Notes under the pieces: model-generated
What the model was told of the DNA's origin: nothing
The model's input: the letters and a program-made list of their open reading frames with translations, nothing else
The model's database searches: none
Program-made: the position numbers and the translations under genes
In this document: piece after piece, positions 1 to 14,500 of the stretch
Layout: each line of letters begins with the position of its first letter
Numbering within the stretch: position 1 is the first letter of the stretch
NCBI GenBank assembly: GCA_000934665.2
Contig: KZ538547.1
Coordinates: 1-62,830, forward strand
Source of the DNA: Catajapyx aquilonaris
Taxonomy: Eukaryota
Direction of reading: 5' to 3'
DNA: 62,830 nt

Positions 1-3000
1 AATGAGTTATCGATTCCTAGCTGATTGATGGTGTCGATTGGCTTTTTGGATGCACTCAAGAGTCGGAAGGCAAAAGGGTGCAGTGCATGGGGGTATGACG
101 TGATGCATTTCCTGCGTTGCCATGTCAGATGTAATTGAGAAAAATTGTGATTCATTCGTGCCACGCCAACTGGATAACCCCGTTTATATTGACTAAATAA
201 TTCAGCAAGTGTCCTTTCCAAATGACAGAACCGATTTGTCCTACTTTTAGACATCAACATTTGTGTAAATAGGGGGGGGGGGGGNTGGAGGCTATGGGAA
301 AGCGGTCATTGATTCCAGCCACATGCCATTAATTTTGACGAATGATAGTAATTCCGACGGAAAAGCGAACAAACAATCCGGGGACTGGCCCTTCCACCCC
401 CTCTAATGCCGGACCACACATATCTATAGTGCTCTAACTTGGCTATAACTTTCTAACTTTGGTGTATCGGATCAACCGGTTTTTTTGCTATTACTTCAAA
501 ATGACTTGCAGTGTTTTGACAGCCCTGGTCTAAAATTTAGGCCATTAGGACATCGATGAGAAAAACAATTTGAATATTCAAAAATACTATCTGCGCACTA
601 CAAAATACTGTAATTGCCTTAGAAAATTTACTGCAGCACCCAATTTCATCCCATTTTAGGGATCTGAACACGTAATGTCTGAACTGACAGGTCTTAAACT
701 TTTACAGTGTTCAGTTGGAGCGTAAATCCCTTAGGCGTCTAGCTGAATTTAAAAATCTAACCATGTTTTCTTACTTATGTGTTAGTTCTATCTCAAGATT
801 AATTTGATATTCACAAATGCCTTGGGGAATGATGCCAGTAAGCACTGTAACCCATAAACTGTGGAGAGAAAATATTATAATGTTAAATATACATTTTTGT
901 GAAGTGTGCACAACAAATATGTGCAAATGCAGAAAAATGCCGATTCCAAAATAGAGTCCAGCAAAACACTGCAGCCATCACATTTTTACAGGCAATATTT
1001 TATTCCTGCGATACTGTCGAGAGACGACATTTATGGCGAATGTTTAGAGTGTATTCCACAGTTCTTCACAGATGGCGCGGTACGTGAAGCTTTTTGCCAA
1101 TAAGTCAAACCATGTGCACTTTAATTTACTGCAAGCCGTGCCCTCACACTGTTGTGTGTCTGGCATTTTCCCTCCACCACAATGGCCTGCTCGCATTCTA
1201 TGCCCTACACGATGCAGTAATCGTGACTTTTAGGATATTACAATCCCATGTAATCTCTCTCAGTATTACAAAAGGGAGTAGCCTATGGTGTAATGACAAA
1301 AATGTTAAAGGGGAACTACTAAGTCGTTAAGCGCACAATATTAAACCTGCTTAATTTTTCATGTAACTGTAAGTTTGCAGCATTTGCTCAACCATATGCC
1401 ATACCCAGAATGAAATGGATTTCCAGTTCTGCGAATTCTCCAAAATCTGCATATTCGTTCCAGGTCGGGTGTTGAATAAACGCTCCATCCAGAGAATAAT
1501 TATCTGCAGAATAGACGTAAGTCAGTCTACATGGTGTAGACAAGAGTGGGAATCTGGCCCTTGAGAGTGGACCTACTCTTAGTTGGTCCTACCCTGTCAG
1601 CAGCCCCAACAACCGAGCTCATTCGCCAGACAGAGAAGGTACCATGGGGGGTCTTCCACTCCATCCACCCCCCTCCATGAATAAACATGGCCGCATCCCG
1701 CCTATTCTATTAGCCCGCCGACACTCGCCGCCTACAGAGTGGACACTGTCCACCCCCTTCTACCAACGGTCGTTTTCCCTACCTCCCACCTCTTTCTCGC
1801 TGGATGTCGGCATCTGCCAAGAGGACTCTTCTGGACAAAGAACGTCTCCCTAGTGGACGTCACCAAATGTCCTCATCCTGGACGTGCGCATGCATTTTCA
1901 GGAATTGGTCAAAAAGAGGATGAGAGCGGTCAATAATCAATTTGCAGTCCACTTATGTACAATGATGATTGTTTTAACATCCAAATTCAATCAACAGATC
2001 TTGCCATATACCTTCATAAAAAGGGGCTTGTTCAGTAGGCCTAATCAATTTTTAAATCGGATTTGATGCATTTAATGCATATGCAAGTGACACGAGTAAT
2101 TACAGTGTATAGACACGTAGTTATTGCATGGCAAAATGGTCATTAACATTTAAATACGGTGATTGGTACACCAATCTGTTGCGATACATTTTTAATGGAG
2201 CAGTCGTTTCAGCGTGTTTTGCAAATATATTTTGTTTCCCATACAAAGTGACCATTAAAGTTAGAATCTGGCAAAAAATGGACTCCCAATTGATTTTCCT
2301 GTCGCAAAAAAAATTGCAAATACCAGGTGTTCTAAAGTTTTAAAACATTTATAAACACCTATCAGTTGTGTTCCACTTTTGCAACATGAAGTTACGCCTG
2401 ATGCAAAATCCCGCACTAAAAAATAACAACCAAATCGATATCACGCACGTGTTAATTAAAATGTCAATTTAATACTTCTGCATGAGCAGGGCAGCTCATG
2501 CTTATAATATGTGTACATTCATTGGAAATCGTTACTCATACAGCAGGTCGTCCCATCAATTTTTTCCCCCACTGTTGTGCTTCATTGTGTATAAAAGCAG
2601 ACGAATCCGTGGCCTCCAGCATATAAACCCGGTATTAGTAGACCTATCCTTATAATATAGTGTACCATACTGATCGCCATGGGAGGTTAAGCTGAAAAGG
2701 GCAAGCTTTTTTCAGAGCCCATACCAACGCTTCTCCTGAACATGGAAAAGCCCTTTTCTATTAAACGACTGCCATGCAAACATGAATACACTTCGGAGCA
2801 CATATTTATGCAACGTGACCGACTCGCAGCCTTTGATACCGTGTACCTATAATTCCCTGTCAGATGAACTGTGCCGGAGAGTGAGTACCAGCCAGCCTTT
2901 GTGCCAATTATTCCACTGTTGTTCCCGGTTCTACAAATACCAGACCCCCCCGATTATTTCCTAATATTGTGCATGGCATGGTCGCACTTTTCGTCGATGT

Positions 3001-6000
3001 TTACAAGCCATTTATTGCAACAAGCTTTACGACTTATGCGGTTAAGCGTAAACAAACCGAGTGTCGCGCATTGTACGTACAATATTTCACCCACCGACAC
3101 ATAATCGTGGTGTGGACACCCATTGCTCAATGACGCGGCTTTTCACAACAGCGGCATTAGGAAACAATGGGCTGGAGTCGACACCACCCACTGCACCTAT
3201 GACCCCCCCTACCCTACACCCGGTTCTGGCAGCAACCAGAGAAAGGCTTAATTACCGCGAAAAGCCCCACACTGGGTTAAGCAGACGGTCGATTCCACGC
3301 GCTCGGGTGATTTTCAAGCAAGCCTTCCCACTGCTAATGCTACGTCTATCCACTCAATCCAACCCAGCGGGGAACTCCCGCAAAAATCGGAAGCACTTTT
3401 GTCCCATTGGACACCTGCACTGTCACGGACTCAGCACGACGACGCACCCATGATGAGAGTATGCTGATTGGAATCAAAAAAAGAGGGAAAAACTATGGGA
3501 GAGGCTAGCCAATGTGGTTGAACATGCTGCAAACATTGGCTTCATCGGAAAATGCTAATTATGCAGGAAGAGCTTGGTTGCCAACTTGTTTAGAAGGTTA
3601 TCCGCAAAGTCCGGTACTTTGAATATCAACAGGGCACTATACACCCAACATTGGTAGCAGTGAACCTTAGAAAAAAATGTGTTTTGTGGGCTAAAACCAC
3701 GTGCATTGTCTGAATCCTGAGAAAGGTCACCAACGTCAAATCATTAGTGTGAGCATCAAAAATGCAGATAGGATCGCTCGGAATTCGTTTCGTTTATTAA
3801 TGTCAAATTGTATTAATAGCACGATCAATATCAGGTCCATGGTTGAATTTCAAGCTATTCCTAAAGGAGCCTAAGGCGCCTTTATACTTCGAAGTATACT
3901 TATACCTTATACCTTATACTTCGAAGTGTCCACATTCCAAGAATAATAATCAACCGAACCCAAAACCAGTAGTATCACACATGATAATCTTTCAAAGAAC
4001 GTCCATCCTCTTTGAGTATTACATCGTCCAGTGCCATGTCCATCAATACAAAACGTAAAGCTGATATTGGACAAGTTCAACGTACTACTAAAGATCCTGG
4101 TATTGCCAAAGTAAGTTAGCCCCCCCACCCTGAAGAAGATGAAAAAGCTGGAAGAAAAACCCCCCCCTGAAAAGAAGAGGATGGTGAACAAAATTTTTTC
4201 CCCTTCATCTTTACCGTTTCAAGGCAAGGTACTGTAGGATTGGGCAGCCCTAGGATTTGAGGGAGCTGCAAAGAAAGGAAAAGGAAGGCCCCTGCCTGCC
4301 TTTGCCAGTATTCCGAGGCCATAATAAATCGAGTTGGGCCGTTCGGTGATCGATTCCCGAGCGGAAATGGAGTGGCCAGTGTTGCAGTGAGGCTGCAGGA
4401 AGGAGGAGGAAAAGGGGTAGAGCTCTACACCCCCCTTCCTCCTTCCTGAGGAGGAGGTGCAGAACCATGATCAAAGGAATGGTCTGACTACCTCATGTAA
4501 TGGGGCTGTTATGTTGCTAGCCTTGCAGCAGCACAAAGGATCCGGACTATGTAAATGTATCCAGAGAGAGGAGGCTATTTACCTAATGTGTAAGCCATGT
4601 GCGTTCTATCTCCAAGTTGGGTTTCCACTTCAGTTGGAATTCTGTTGGTCCTGCTGAGGAACGGATGACATGATCGTCTGCAAAGTACATTTTCGAGTGT
4701 TTACTTCATAGGGTTGGAATTTCATATTTCAAGTATGTTCCATTGGCTCCACTTCGAGTTACATTATTCAGTTTGTAAACAACTTCCCAAATCAATGTTA
4801 AAATATTGAAAACAGCCTATTTCCAACAATAGCAAAAAAATTAATCGCATGAAATGTGATCAACAATTGTCTATTATTTTCGGTATGAACAGTGTACCTT
4901 TAATGTAAAATCAGGGCACGATAAAATAATGGTACCGTGGAGGTCCTGGTGTGATAAACCCATTTCGACAAAAATAGATTTAGGGGCGTTTGGAAATAAG
5001 CCATTCATATGTACAGCCAATATCGGATCATTGTACAATTTGACAAATTAAGTGCACACGGGTGAGATGAACCATTGTGCATGTGAATTAGCAACTAATA
5101 ACTCATATGTATTGGTCAGTTTGATAAATAATAAAGCGATTAATAATATTGGTTAGCATTACCATACCGCACCAAGTTATTGATAGAATCACAATTATGA
5201 AACATAATCAATAGCAACAATTATTTTGATAATGACGGAGCAATAACAATTAATTTTAAGCCGGCCTATCTAGCACAGTATTGCGGCTATGAGGGCAAAC
5301 TGAGAGAATATGCCAAAAATGAGGGGTGTGTACATGTGATAGTGTTTCAAGAATGACAAACACTGTATTATTGATATTCCATTATAATTATACACTAAGC
5401 CTAATTTTGCATGTCCCTGCAGCAAACAAACACACAGAGCTCGATTATCACATATCTATGACATTCTCGCTAGTGTATGCGCAGCAGATTACTCGAGCAG
5501 GTACACAAGGCCTCATCAGTATATACTAGAGGCTACAACAGGAGCCAAGAAGCACACCAGGCGAACATCATATTAATATACTAACTAGGAAATCACTGAC
5601 ATGCCTACAAGCTTACTTACAGTCAGACCAAGAACAATGCAAATCATCGCAACTTCAAGGGCTGTTGAATAATAATTGAAAGTAACTTAAAAAGCAAGTT
5701 GCTCTCAATTATTTGCCAAGCAATAGAATATACCGACGTTTGTAAAGTTTTCATGTGCAATATAAATTTCTATTGCTTCACTTTCAAAAATTAATAACAG
5801 TAAAATACTGGCAGTTTTAAGTTGACAGAGGTTGATGCAAACTGACATTAATGTTTCATATTTCTCTCTGTTGTATTTACGTTGTATATGAACTTCAAAC
5901 GACACTGGCTTATTCATAGCCTATATAAGTTATTTAAACGCTGAAAATTCCCAAGATAGTTCTGTACAATATACTGTTGGCTATACGTAACCAGGAGGTA

Positions 6001-9000
6001 ACGCTGCGCTTCAATTTACTCTAACGCCCATATGAAGGTTTAGTTGAGGTATGTTATTAATGTTATTAATAATATGCAGATCTGAGACTGGAATATCTAA
6101 TGAACTGCAATGCTGGAATTCAGATCAGTGCTGCTTGCTGGAACACTCTGTAGTAAGTAACTTTGATGATCTGAAGATGGCATTAAAACGGCCATTAATG
6201 CACTGTAATTTGTCCAATGTGCAAGATAACTTATGAGGTTGAGTACACAAACGGCTGTGCGTTAAAATCTAACTAGCTTCTTACACCTTGTACGATGTGA
6301 CCTAAGCCTACATGTCACATGCGCAGAGTGCACTTAGACCTTCACCAACTTGTCAGTATTCACTGCACAAACTTACAGCACTTTGAAAGCGCTTAGAAGC
6401 ATGAGTAATTATGCAACAAACTTGCTCTATGATACCACTTGAGCAGGTGGGATAACTAAATTAATACCCCAGGCTTAACAATCAGGAGGCTAGACAAGGG
6501 TCTCAGTGCGAACAATGCCTCCAACTATATAGCTCTGGCCAACTTTCGTTCGGGACTGACCCTCAACATGGATTGCGGCTTATCTTTTCCCCCCACTGGC
6601 ACAGAATGAATTAGGAAGAGAGAGCCATATATACACAGAGAATGTAAACCCAACTTCTCTCAGATTTGGGAACTATTGTTTACTTTTGTCGGTTTGTGCA
6701 GTGTACGGTCATATGTAAACTATTCATAACTCGAATATTTGGTTGAAATTATCAAGCTTAAATTTTCCACTCCTTGTTTAAAATGCAGCAAATAATTCAT
6801 GATTACTTTATCAGGTAGATCTAATCTATGACGTATAGACAGCCATGAACCTGTATAAATCGCCACTAGGGTAATGCTCAATATTTAAAAAGGTGTACTG
6901 TACATGAAACGCCACTGTTCACATAACGTTGGAAGGGTGGCCATACAGAGTGGAACAATGCTATGAGGCCTATAGAGCAAGGAATATGGATCGCAGTAGA
7001 GTCACGGGTATGTACAGCAAAGGTGCATCCTGGCTACCTGGGTGGTTGGTGTGCACACCGAGTGTTTCCAAAGTAGGCTCATATCCACATCAGCAATAGA
7101 CTCATTAGTGTAGCAGTGGGTAATATCGTTGGAAATCTCGTTTATCGGTCTGTCCGGTGTTTGATTAGGACTATAGTAAAGGAAGATACCAAAAAACTAT
7201 GGTGCATATCTTTGCTGGTAGAAGAATTTTCTGTAGGTCGATACCCTACTTACGAAAGCGACGTTTCTGGAGTGACATGTATGGCGGAAAACTAAATCTC
7301 CTCAAATATTATGCCCAGGGTGCATATAGAACGCCAGCCATAGCCCAGGCGCATATTGCTTACACACTGACAAAAATTCAGACAAAAAATAATTCTCAAC
7401 TCTCATTCCACAGAATTTCTAACTTGCTCTTTCGCAAAAAAAAATTAACAAGTGTTTAAGCCAGTTAATGATTCCCTTATTTCTCATTATGTAATTATTT
7501 AGGCGCTACGTACAATATTGCGACTCCTGCCCTTTATCTCATAATGAAAACTAACATGATTATAATTAATTGTCCACCGAAGGCCGAAGCGCGATATCAT
7601 CAGGTCCCCAGATTAGTTTCTCCACCAGTAATACGGGGCCAGAGACCAGCTCATTACAGGTGCTAAGCTGTTGACCCCCTTTCCACAACATGAGCAATTA
7701 CCATCATCATAAAAATACATACAGAGCCAATTGAATTTGTCGTGTCCTTACTAATATGAAAACACTAAACTTGTGTTTACAATGATTTAATTGTTATTAT
7801 TAATGAAACACACAGTATCTGGTGTAGCGTCTCTAGGCGTACGTAGTTGTCACACTCCTACCCACAGGTGTTCGCTCCAGTTAATCTTGCAAGTGACAGT
7901 CGCAGCACAATATGGAGGTTGTCATGTGCAGAGTATAATGCAAGGCTTGCGCTTAACTAGTCCTCTAGCTAAATTACATTACGCTTTTACCTTTGTAGGA
8001 CTTATCTAATGGTAGTCCCTCTGTTCGCTACATTACTGCACAAGCTGTAAACTTAATGTAATTAAAAGTTTTTTCTCAGTAATCCACACTGTGGAATTCT
8101 GCTCATCTAAGTACACTATGTTACATATGGGATACGGCCCAAATATGACAAGTGTCAATGTGTCATACCTATAATATGCTGGGAACGCTATTTATTTCCC
8201 TGATCTCTACATTTTTTTTTCATTTAATAAAATTATGTATAATGTTAATATTTCATAATCCGGATTCAGAAGTAGGGCACGTCGACCCCCACACTGTACC
8301 TCAAAATGTAAATCCCCACCTCCAGCAGCAATGTTCCCCCAAAACTCATATGGTCACCCCGGTTAAGCCGGACGACTCGAGTTGTCCCATAAAAATGTCC
8401 CGGGAATATAATTTGGCCTTGGGAGTCAGCCCACTCCGCCAGGCCTGCTGGTCCAGAGGATGTATATCAGCCGGAATGGCTTTCGGCCAAACCACCAACT
8501 ACACTCCAAGATGGTACAAACCTTCCAAAAAAAAATTAGGACAGCAGTGTCTACTCTTCCTAAAAGATGGCGGATCCAGCACTCCTCTCAAAAAAATACT
8601 GATCTCGCCCCCNCCCCCCCGAAAAAGTATCGGTAAAAATGAAGTGAGGATGGAATATCGCTAGTTCCTGGCACGTGGCCCTGAGTTTTTTTTTCAGAGG
8701 TCCTACTTTCCAGCTCATTACGAGCACGGATTCAAACCGATATTAATTTGGTCACGGGCCAAAAACCAGAGGCTCTGGCAATTACTCATGCCCAGCCTTC
8801 GGCACGTTGAGTTTCCCCCTCCTGATGTGGCCGATTACAATCACAAATTAGCAATCCGAACCATTCATCTAGGACATTTTCAAAACAGGCCTGCAGTCTT
8901 CAGCACTATCGTAAAAACAATTTTTTTTTTTCGGAAAAAAAAAATGCATGGGGAGGTATTGTCACGTAGCCATATTAGCTAGATTTACAAGCTAGTGTTG

Positions 9001-10754
9001 GATGGATTGCCAGCTGCCAGATGAAACAAGGACTAGGCAAAATGGTATTGACATAGACGCCTTTTGAGCTTGGCCGCTCGATGAAGAGGCCTCACAATTT
9101 TTTATTGGTGTCGATACCACCACAGGGGTAGCCATTGAATTATTCTGCTGACCGTAAAATGGGTCACCTCGCACCAGTGGTTTAATCATGTGGGTCGTAC
9201 GCTATATCCGATTTTTGTCAAAGTGCAATTATCCCTTGCATTGTGCTGGCTCTTTGGTACAGGGGTTTGTTCTTTGTAGGCTACATTTTAAAATTAACTA
9301 TTAAAAATGGTTACCTTAAAAGCAGCTAACATTCTTGATCACATGATGTCAATGTCCGGTGGTGTGCAGTGCCCTGCAGGTTTCATTCCTGTATAGAATA
9401 GTGAGACGGCAATTAACAATGGTGTAGTTACAAAGCGTGAAAAGATAAACTATAGATTATTATTGTGTTATCCGCCAGTGGCGGTGCGCAAACCTGTATA
9501 AATGATTGCATATTAGGCGTACAATAATGGGCGCAAATGAGAACAGGGAATTGAACGTAATGATTTCAAACTGTAATTATCAATTAGGGCTTACATGGTG
9601 AGAGCCAGGACTGGAATTTTTAACAGTTTGTAGACGAAATGACTATCGGCGGTTCATTGTACGCCATCAAGACTACTGGGCACAAAATTGGGACGTGACT
9701 GCATCCAAATGCATGGAGGCAGCTAGTGGCATCATTCTTCGGCGATGTAGATGATGCAGCAGACCTCAGATGTGGAAGACCACTAATCACTGTCACCTAG
9801 ACAGGAAGAGTGTTGTGTCCTGTGATGACAAGTTTGCTGATTCAAGTTTTGCTATTTATCAAGCAAGACATCGCGACATTAATTTTACTCGATCAATGGA
9901 ATATAACTTTCATTTTAAAAATTATGTGTCCAGAATCATAAGGCGTACACTGTAAGGTTGACAGAGAATAAATAATAAACACTACCAAAATTGGAGTGAT
10001 GTCATATAAAAATTCTCTATCCGTATGTTTTTTACCTGCAATATGAGTTCATTATTACGAGTATTATTCGCACACTGATAATATTAACACTTATAATAAT
10101 TGAAATCTAAATAGTAATTTCAGCTTTCCCCTTCAAGCAACCATATTAGAATAATAGGGTTATTTATTCATTTATGCAAACAATGCACTCTAAGATCCAA
10201 CAAGTTTTGGACACTTGTGCATTCTAAAACACCTCGTTTTTGACTCTGATGCGAGTAAACAAATTTCCCCGGGGATCAAGGAAAATAAATATGGGGAAGT
10301 TACACCATCCTTTTATGCAACTATGAGTACGTATAAGAAAAAATGAAGTTCATAAACATATTGAACGTACCTTAATGCATGTGATGGTACGCATTAAAGC
10401 TTATAGTGTTTTTAAAAAATCTTTGACATGAAATTCACTTGGTTTGACACTCCTTTTGTAACCTGCTGAAGGGCCCAATAATGAGGAGATAATACTAGAC
10501 TAGCCTAGAAATGGTTCAATGCATACACACCCATTGTTGTCAACATGCTAACACAGATACCTGTGCCTGTAACTCTGTAAGTATTAAATCCCATTATACT
10601 CGAATATGACCCTAATATTCTGAAAGATAGAAAATGGGGCCCATATATCACCCACCTCACAGTATTAAAAATTAATCCTGCTTAATCCATGGTAATAAGT
10701 AGAACGGATCCGGATAGATAAACTTGGATGAACGGACACCGATTCCTCCTGTAT

Positions 10755-10760
10755 TTTATT
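10755..10760 (-). promoter_or_regulatory. Candidate polyadenylation signal (AATAAA) of K2P paralog 1
   Basis: tttatt on + strand, ~250 nt past the second in-frame stop at 11011, where the sequence becomes AT-rich. Confidence 0.4.
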
Positions 10761-11511
10761 GATGCCTACTGTAGGCCTACAGCATGGGAAGAAAAAAAAT
10801 CCGACTTATTGCTGGTCCCCCCGAGTTTTCTTTAGTTGTTGGGAACACTCGTCGTCGTCGGGGAAGGCTGAATAGTAGGAAGTCAGAGAGTTGAAGTGGG
10901 GGAAGTGGAAACAAAACACATTCACACACCCACACCCACGCGTGGCACACACTGCCTGCTTCTGCTGCACCTGTGACAAGGTCAAGTTCACCGGCAGTCA
11001 ACTCACATGGTCACATGAACACGTCTTCCACCGCGGCCTTTCGGGTCATGGCGGCGGAGGTGTCGTCTTCAAAGGTCACCATCTTGGACCGGGACACTCC
11101 GCCACTAGAGGCAGTCGCGGCGTCTGAGTCCTGCCTCCTGAGGACGCCCCGGGTGGTGGCGACTGGAACCGTGTCGCTGACCCCGGACAGGTGGAAGTCG
11201 CTGACGCTGCGGGGGACAAAGTACTCGACGGGTTCCATTGGACGGCGTCTAGACGGCGACTGGACGCGCCCACCCGGTGTCGGAGCGGCTGCGACGCTTA
11301 TGCCGACGATGCTGCCACCGACGGCGTTGGCCCGCTGCCTCCTGGGGAGGGTGTGGTGAGCGGTGGCTGACGTCGCGTTAGGAGGGGCGCACGCCGCTGA
11401 TGCTGATGGTGTGGCTGCTGGGATGGCCTGTGATGCTGCTGGGTAAGGAGGGTGCTGATGCTGGTGGTGGTGATGGTGGTGTTGGTGTTGGTGACCCCGC
11501 TGTGCCTGGCG

Positions 11512-14500
11512 TCAGGACCCACCAGAGTGGCCCGACAACGAGTCCATGTCGTCGTCATAGTCGTCGTCGTCGTCGCCGTCTCCGTCGCCCGTGCGGAACA
11601 TGCCCACGGAGCGACCCAGTCGGCGGGCTACAACTACGATCTCGTCCTGGATCAGGTTGAAGCACATGGCGATCAGGGCCATCCCGACCAGAATGTAGGC
11701 TGCCGACGCCAGGAGGGACGCCTGGGCGGCTGCTGGAGATGACGACGCCAGAGATGGAGGACCGGCTGTCGTCGGATCCCTGTAGCTTGCTCCACGAACA
11801 GTCACTCCTCCTACGTATCAGAAATAAAGACACGTCAAAAGGGATGTCACTTAACTAACGGGATACCGTGCGACAGCTAACACAAATCAGCACTCGAGGA
11901 TATTTTGCAATCCTATTCGCAAGACAAGGAATTACGTAGATACATTGAAACATTGTGATAAGAGAATAACTGTCGGGTACCTCAAACAGTCCAGAAAATG
12001 ATAAATACAAATGTGGGAAAATGTTCATTATTATTTCTGTTTTTACAACAGTGCACTAACTGACTCCATGAAATGCTGTGACAGGAGGGTGTTACATAAT
12101 TCATTTTGAAACCCGCGATGAATAAACCGAAAGAAGCAAAGGTGAAATAAAAAAACAAAAGTGTTTGTTGAGCATTTGCCAAATTTCGCATTTTTGTAAA
12201 TGTAAATTATTCCACGCCGATACTGACACACTAACGAGGTTTCGAATATAAATACCACAATGTTACATTTACGAATACGTATATTAAAATGCAATTGAAA
12301 TTCACACACGTGTCCTCATATCCGAAATTAATATCCACAAAAATTGTCTCACCCTCCTAGGGCCTTATAATATTGTTATTAATTCCTTGAATCTGCACAT
12401 ACAGCAACAATATCGCGACTGATAAATACGATGGTTTGACTGGCCGCCCGATTTACATGCCTATAAAGCCTCCAAATGGATTGCAATAATCAACTGAGCC
12501 TATACTGTCGCGACTCAGTGACGTCACAACCATGTGGAATGGCCTGCCATATAAAAGCAATGCGAATTTTATGCCTCTCAGCGCTCAAAAATGTCGGTCC
12601 GATGACTGGAGATATTTTTAAAGCGCATGCTATTTTTGTTAATTTCAATTAACGGCCATATAAGAGCATAAACGACCTGTAATTGGTGGAATATCCATCC
12701 GCAATTTTCGTTCCCCAATAAATTTCTTATATGCATGTGTCGGGTAGAGTTGAACCTGTCAGTCCATCATGTTACCTGGAACTAGATCTCCGAATCCGAT
12801 GGTTCCGAGGGCCGAAAAGCAGAAAAAGGCCCCCTCCAGCAAGCTCCATCCCTCCAGACGTGCGAATAGACAGGCGCCGCCCAGGATGTACCCAACTATC
12901 AGCAACAGGCACAACCAGATTGGCACCCGGGCCCCAGGGCTGGGACCTATACTTCCTGCGAGAGTCAGCCATGATAGAAACAGTAGTTGAGTCCCGCTGT
13001 CCCGACACGATTGTGAAGGGATTCGGAATGATGGCCCCCGAACGTCCTACTCACCTGGATAGGCTGCTGCTGCAGCTGCTGCTGCAGCCCGGGCAACGTG
13101 CGGGGGCTTGACAGGTCCATCTGGCAGACTGTCGATGGGCCTCTGGGGGACCTTCCCTCGGGCGACATTTCCTCCGCCACCGCTACCGACTCCAGCACGG
13201 CTGCGACAACGGCACAGCCGACCGTAGAAGCGACGGAAGGTGCGGGCCAGGAAGTCCCCGACGGACGAGAGGTACAGGAGCATCAAGGGGATGCCCACCA
13301 GCGCGTACAGGACGGTCACCAGCTTGCCCCAAGTGCTGCGAGGGGTCACACTGCCGTAACCTGCCGGGAAGGGGTAACAGTGATAAGAAGAACTCTGCTG
13401 ATTCCATTAAACCGCACTGCGGGTCCGCGTTCCACACGTTGGGCGCCATTGTAACGTGCCTTACATCAAACACATCCTGTGCCACCCTGTACGAGCAGGT
13501 GGACCTGCCCTAAACTGCTTCACCTTGTACATCAAGAGTGGTAAACTTGTATCGCGACAAGGTTTTCGCCTAATGAGGTCCAGTAAGTCACCGGAACCTC
13601 GCAGTTTGAGGATGTAATCAGCTGCTTTAGTAGGACGGGCGGGTCGGGGAGAGGCCCAGGAAGAGAAGACTCCTCTTTACTATGCGACGCCTGGCTTCCA
13701 TGGAACAACCACACTTCCAGGAAACTGCTCTAATATGCCCTTGTGCAGAGACAAATCCACTTTCACGGAGTTACGAATCCGTTCAGGTCAATTGCCGTGA
13801 GTTAAACTGCTTCCCCTTTTGCCCTGGCACCTTACGGCTTTGCCAACTCGCGGGTTTTCGTAATATCTGACTGCCCAATGCGAAATTGCTTTCCAGTTTC
13901 GCCCGGCTCGTAGAATGGCACTGTAAAGAGGTTAATCTCAGCCAGGGCGGCATTTTCAGAATGTGTGATATTGGCTCGCTGCTTACAGTTCCGTTTACAC
14001 TGCCGTTTCAGGCACGGTCTTCATCAAATTAAGTAAGGTTATGAACTTTGGAGAAAGGGTACGAACAGTACAAGTTATGCAGTCTGGCAGCGATAAATGA
14101 TGCACGAAGGCATCCGTCATTCCGTGCAGTCTTGAGCCGCGCCATTGGCCGAATTCTTTCAACTGCAGTGCCTCTTAAGGGGAGGAAGGGCGGAAGAGAG
14201 GGAAGGGTGGGTGGGTGGGTGGCCACCATGGCAACGACCCTTCCCATCTTTTCCTGCTTCCTCGTCGTCACCATTGGCAACGGATGCTGCCTGTCACCGA
14301 GATGCCAAGTCCGTACTGGCGATGCACGGCCTCCCCCTTTTGACCGATCGTATATAGGACGCCTCTAGGTATACCCATGCATTCGTAACTAGGACGGAGG
14401 CGACTCGGCTGGGTCAAACGTGTGACATCTCCAGGAGCAGCGCCTGTCACCGGGTCGTTATAGTAGCGATGACCGGTTTTCATGTCCGGCGCATGTAAAC

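Noticed and set aside
1..10700. Short ORFs in the first 10.7 kb (e.g. 3061-3453, 8152-8664)
   Set aside because: No recognisable domain, coding-like composition or consistent exon chain; treated as intergenic, possibly with decayed repeats that cannot be identified by eye.
11512..11514. K2P-1 TGA as a selenocysteine codon
   Set aside because: Not in a redox motif, no K2P selenoprotein is known to me and no SECIS is evident; ordinary readthrough fits better.
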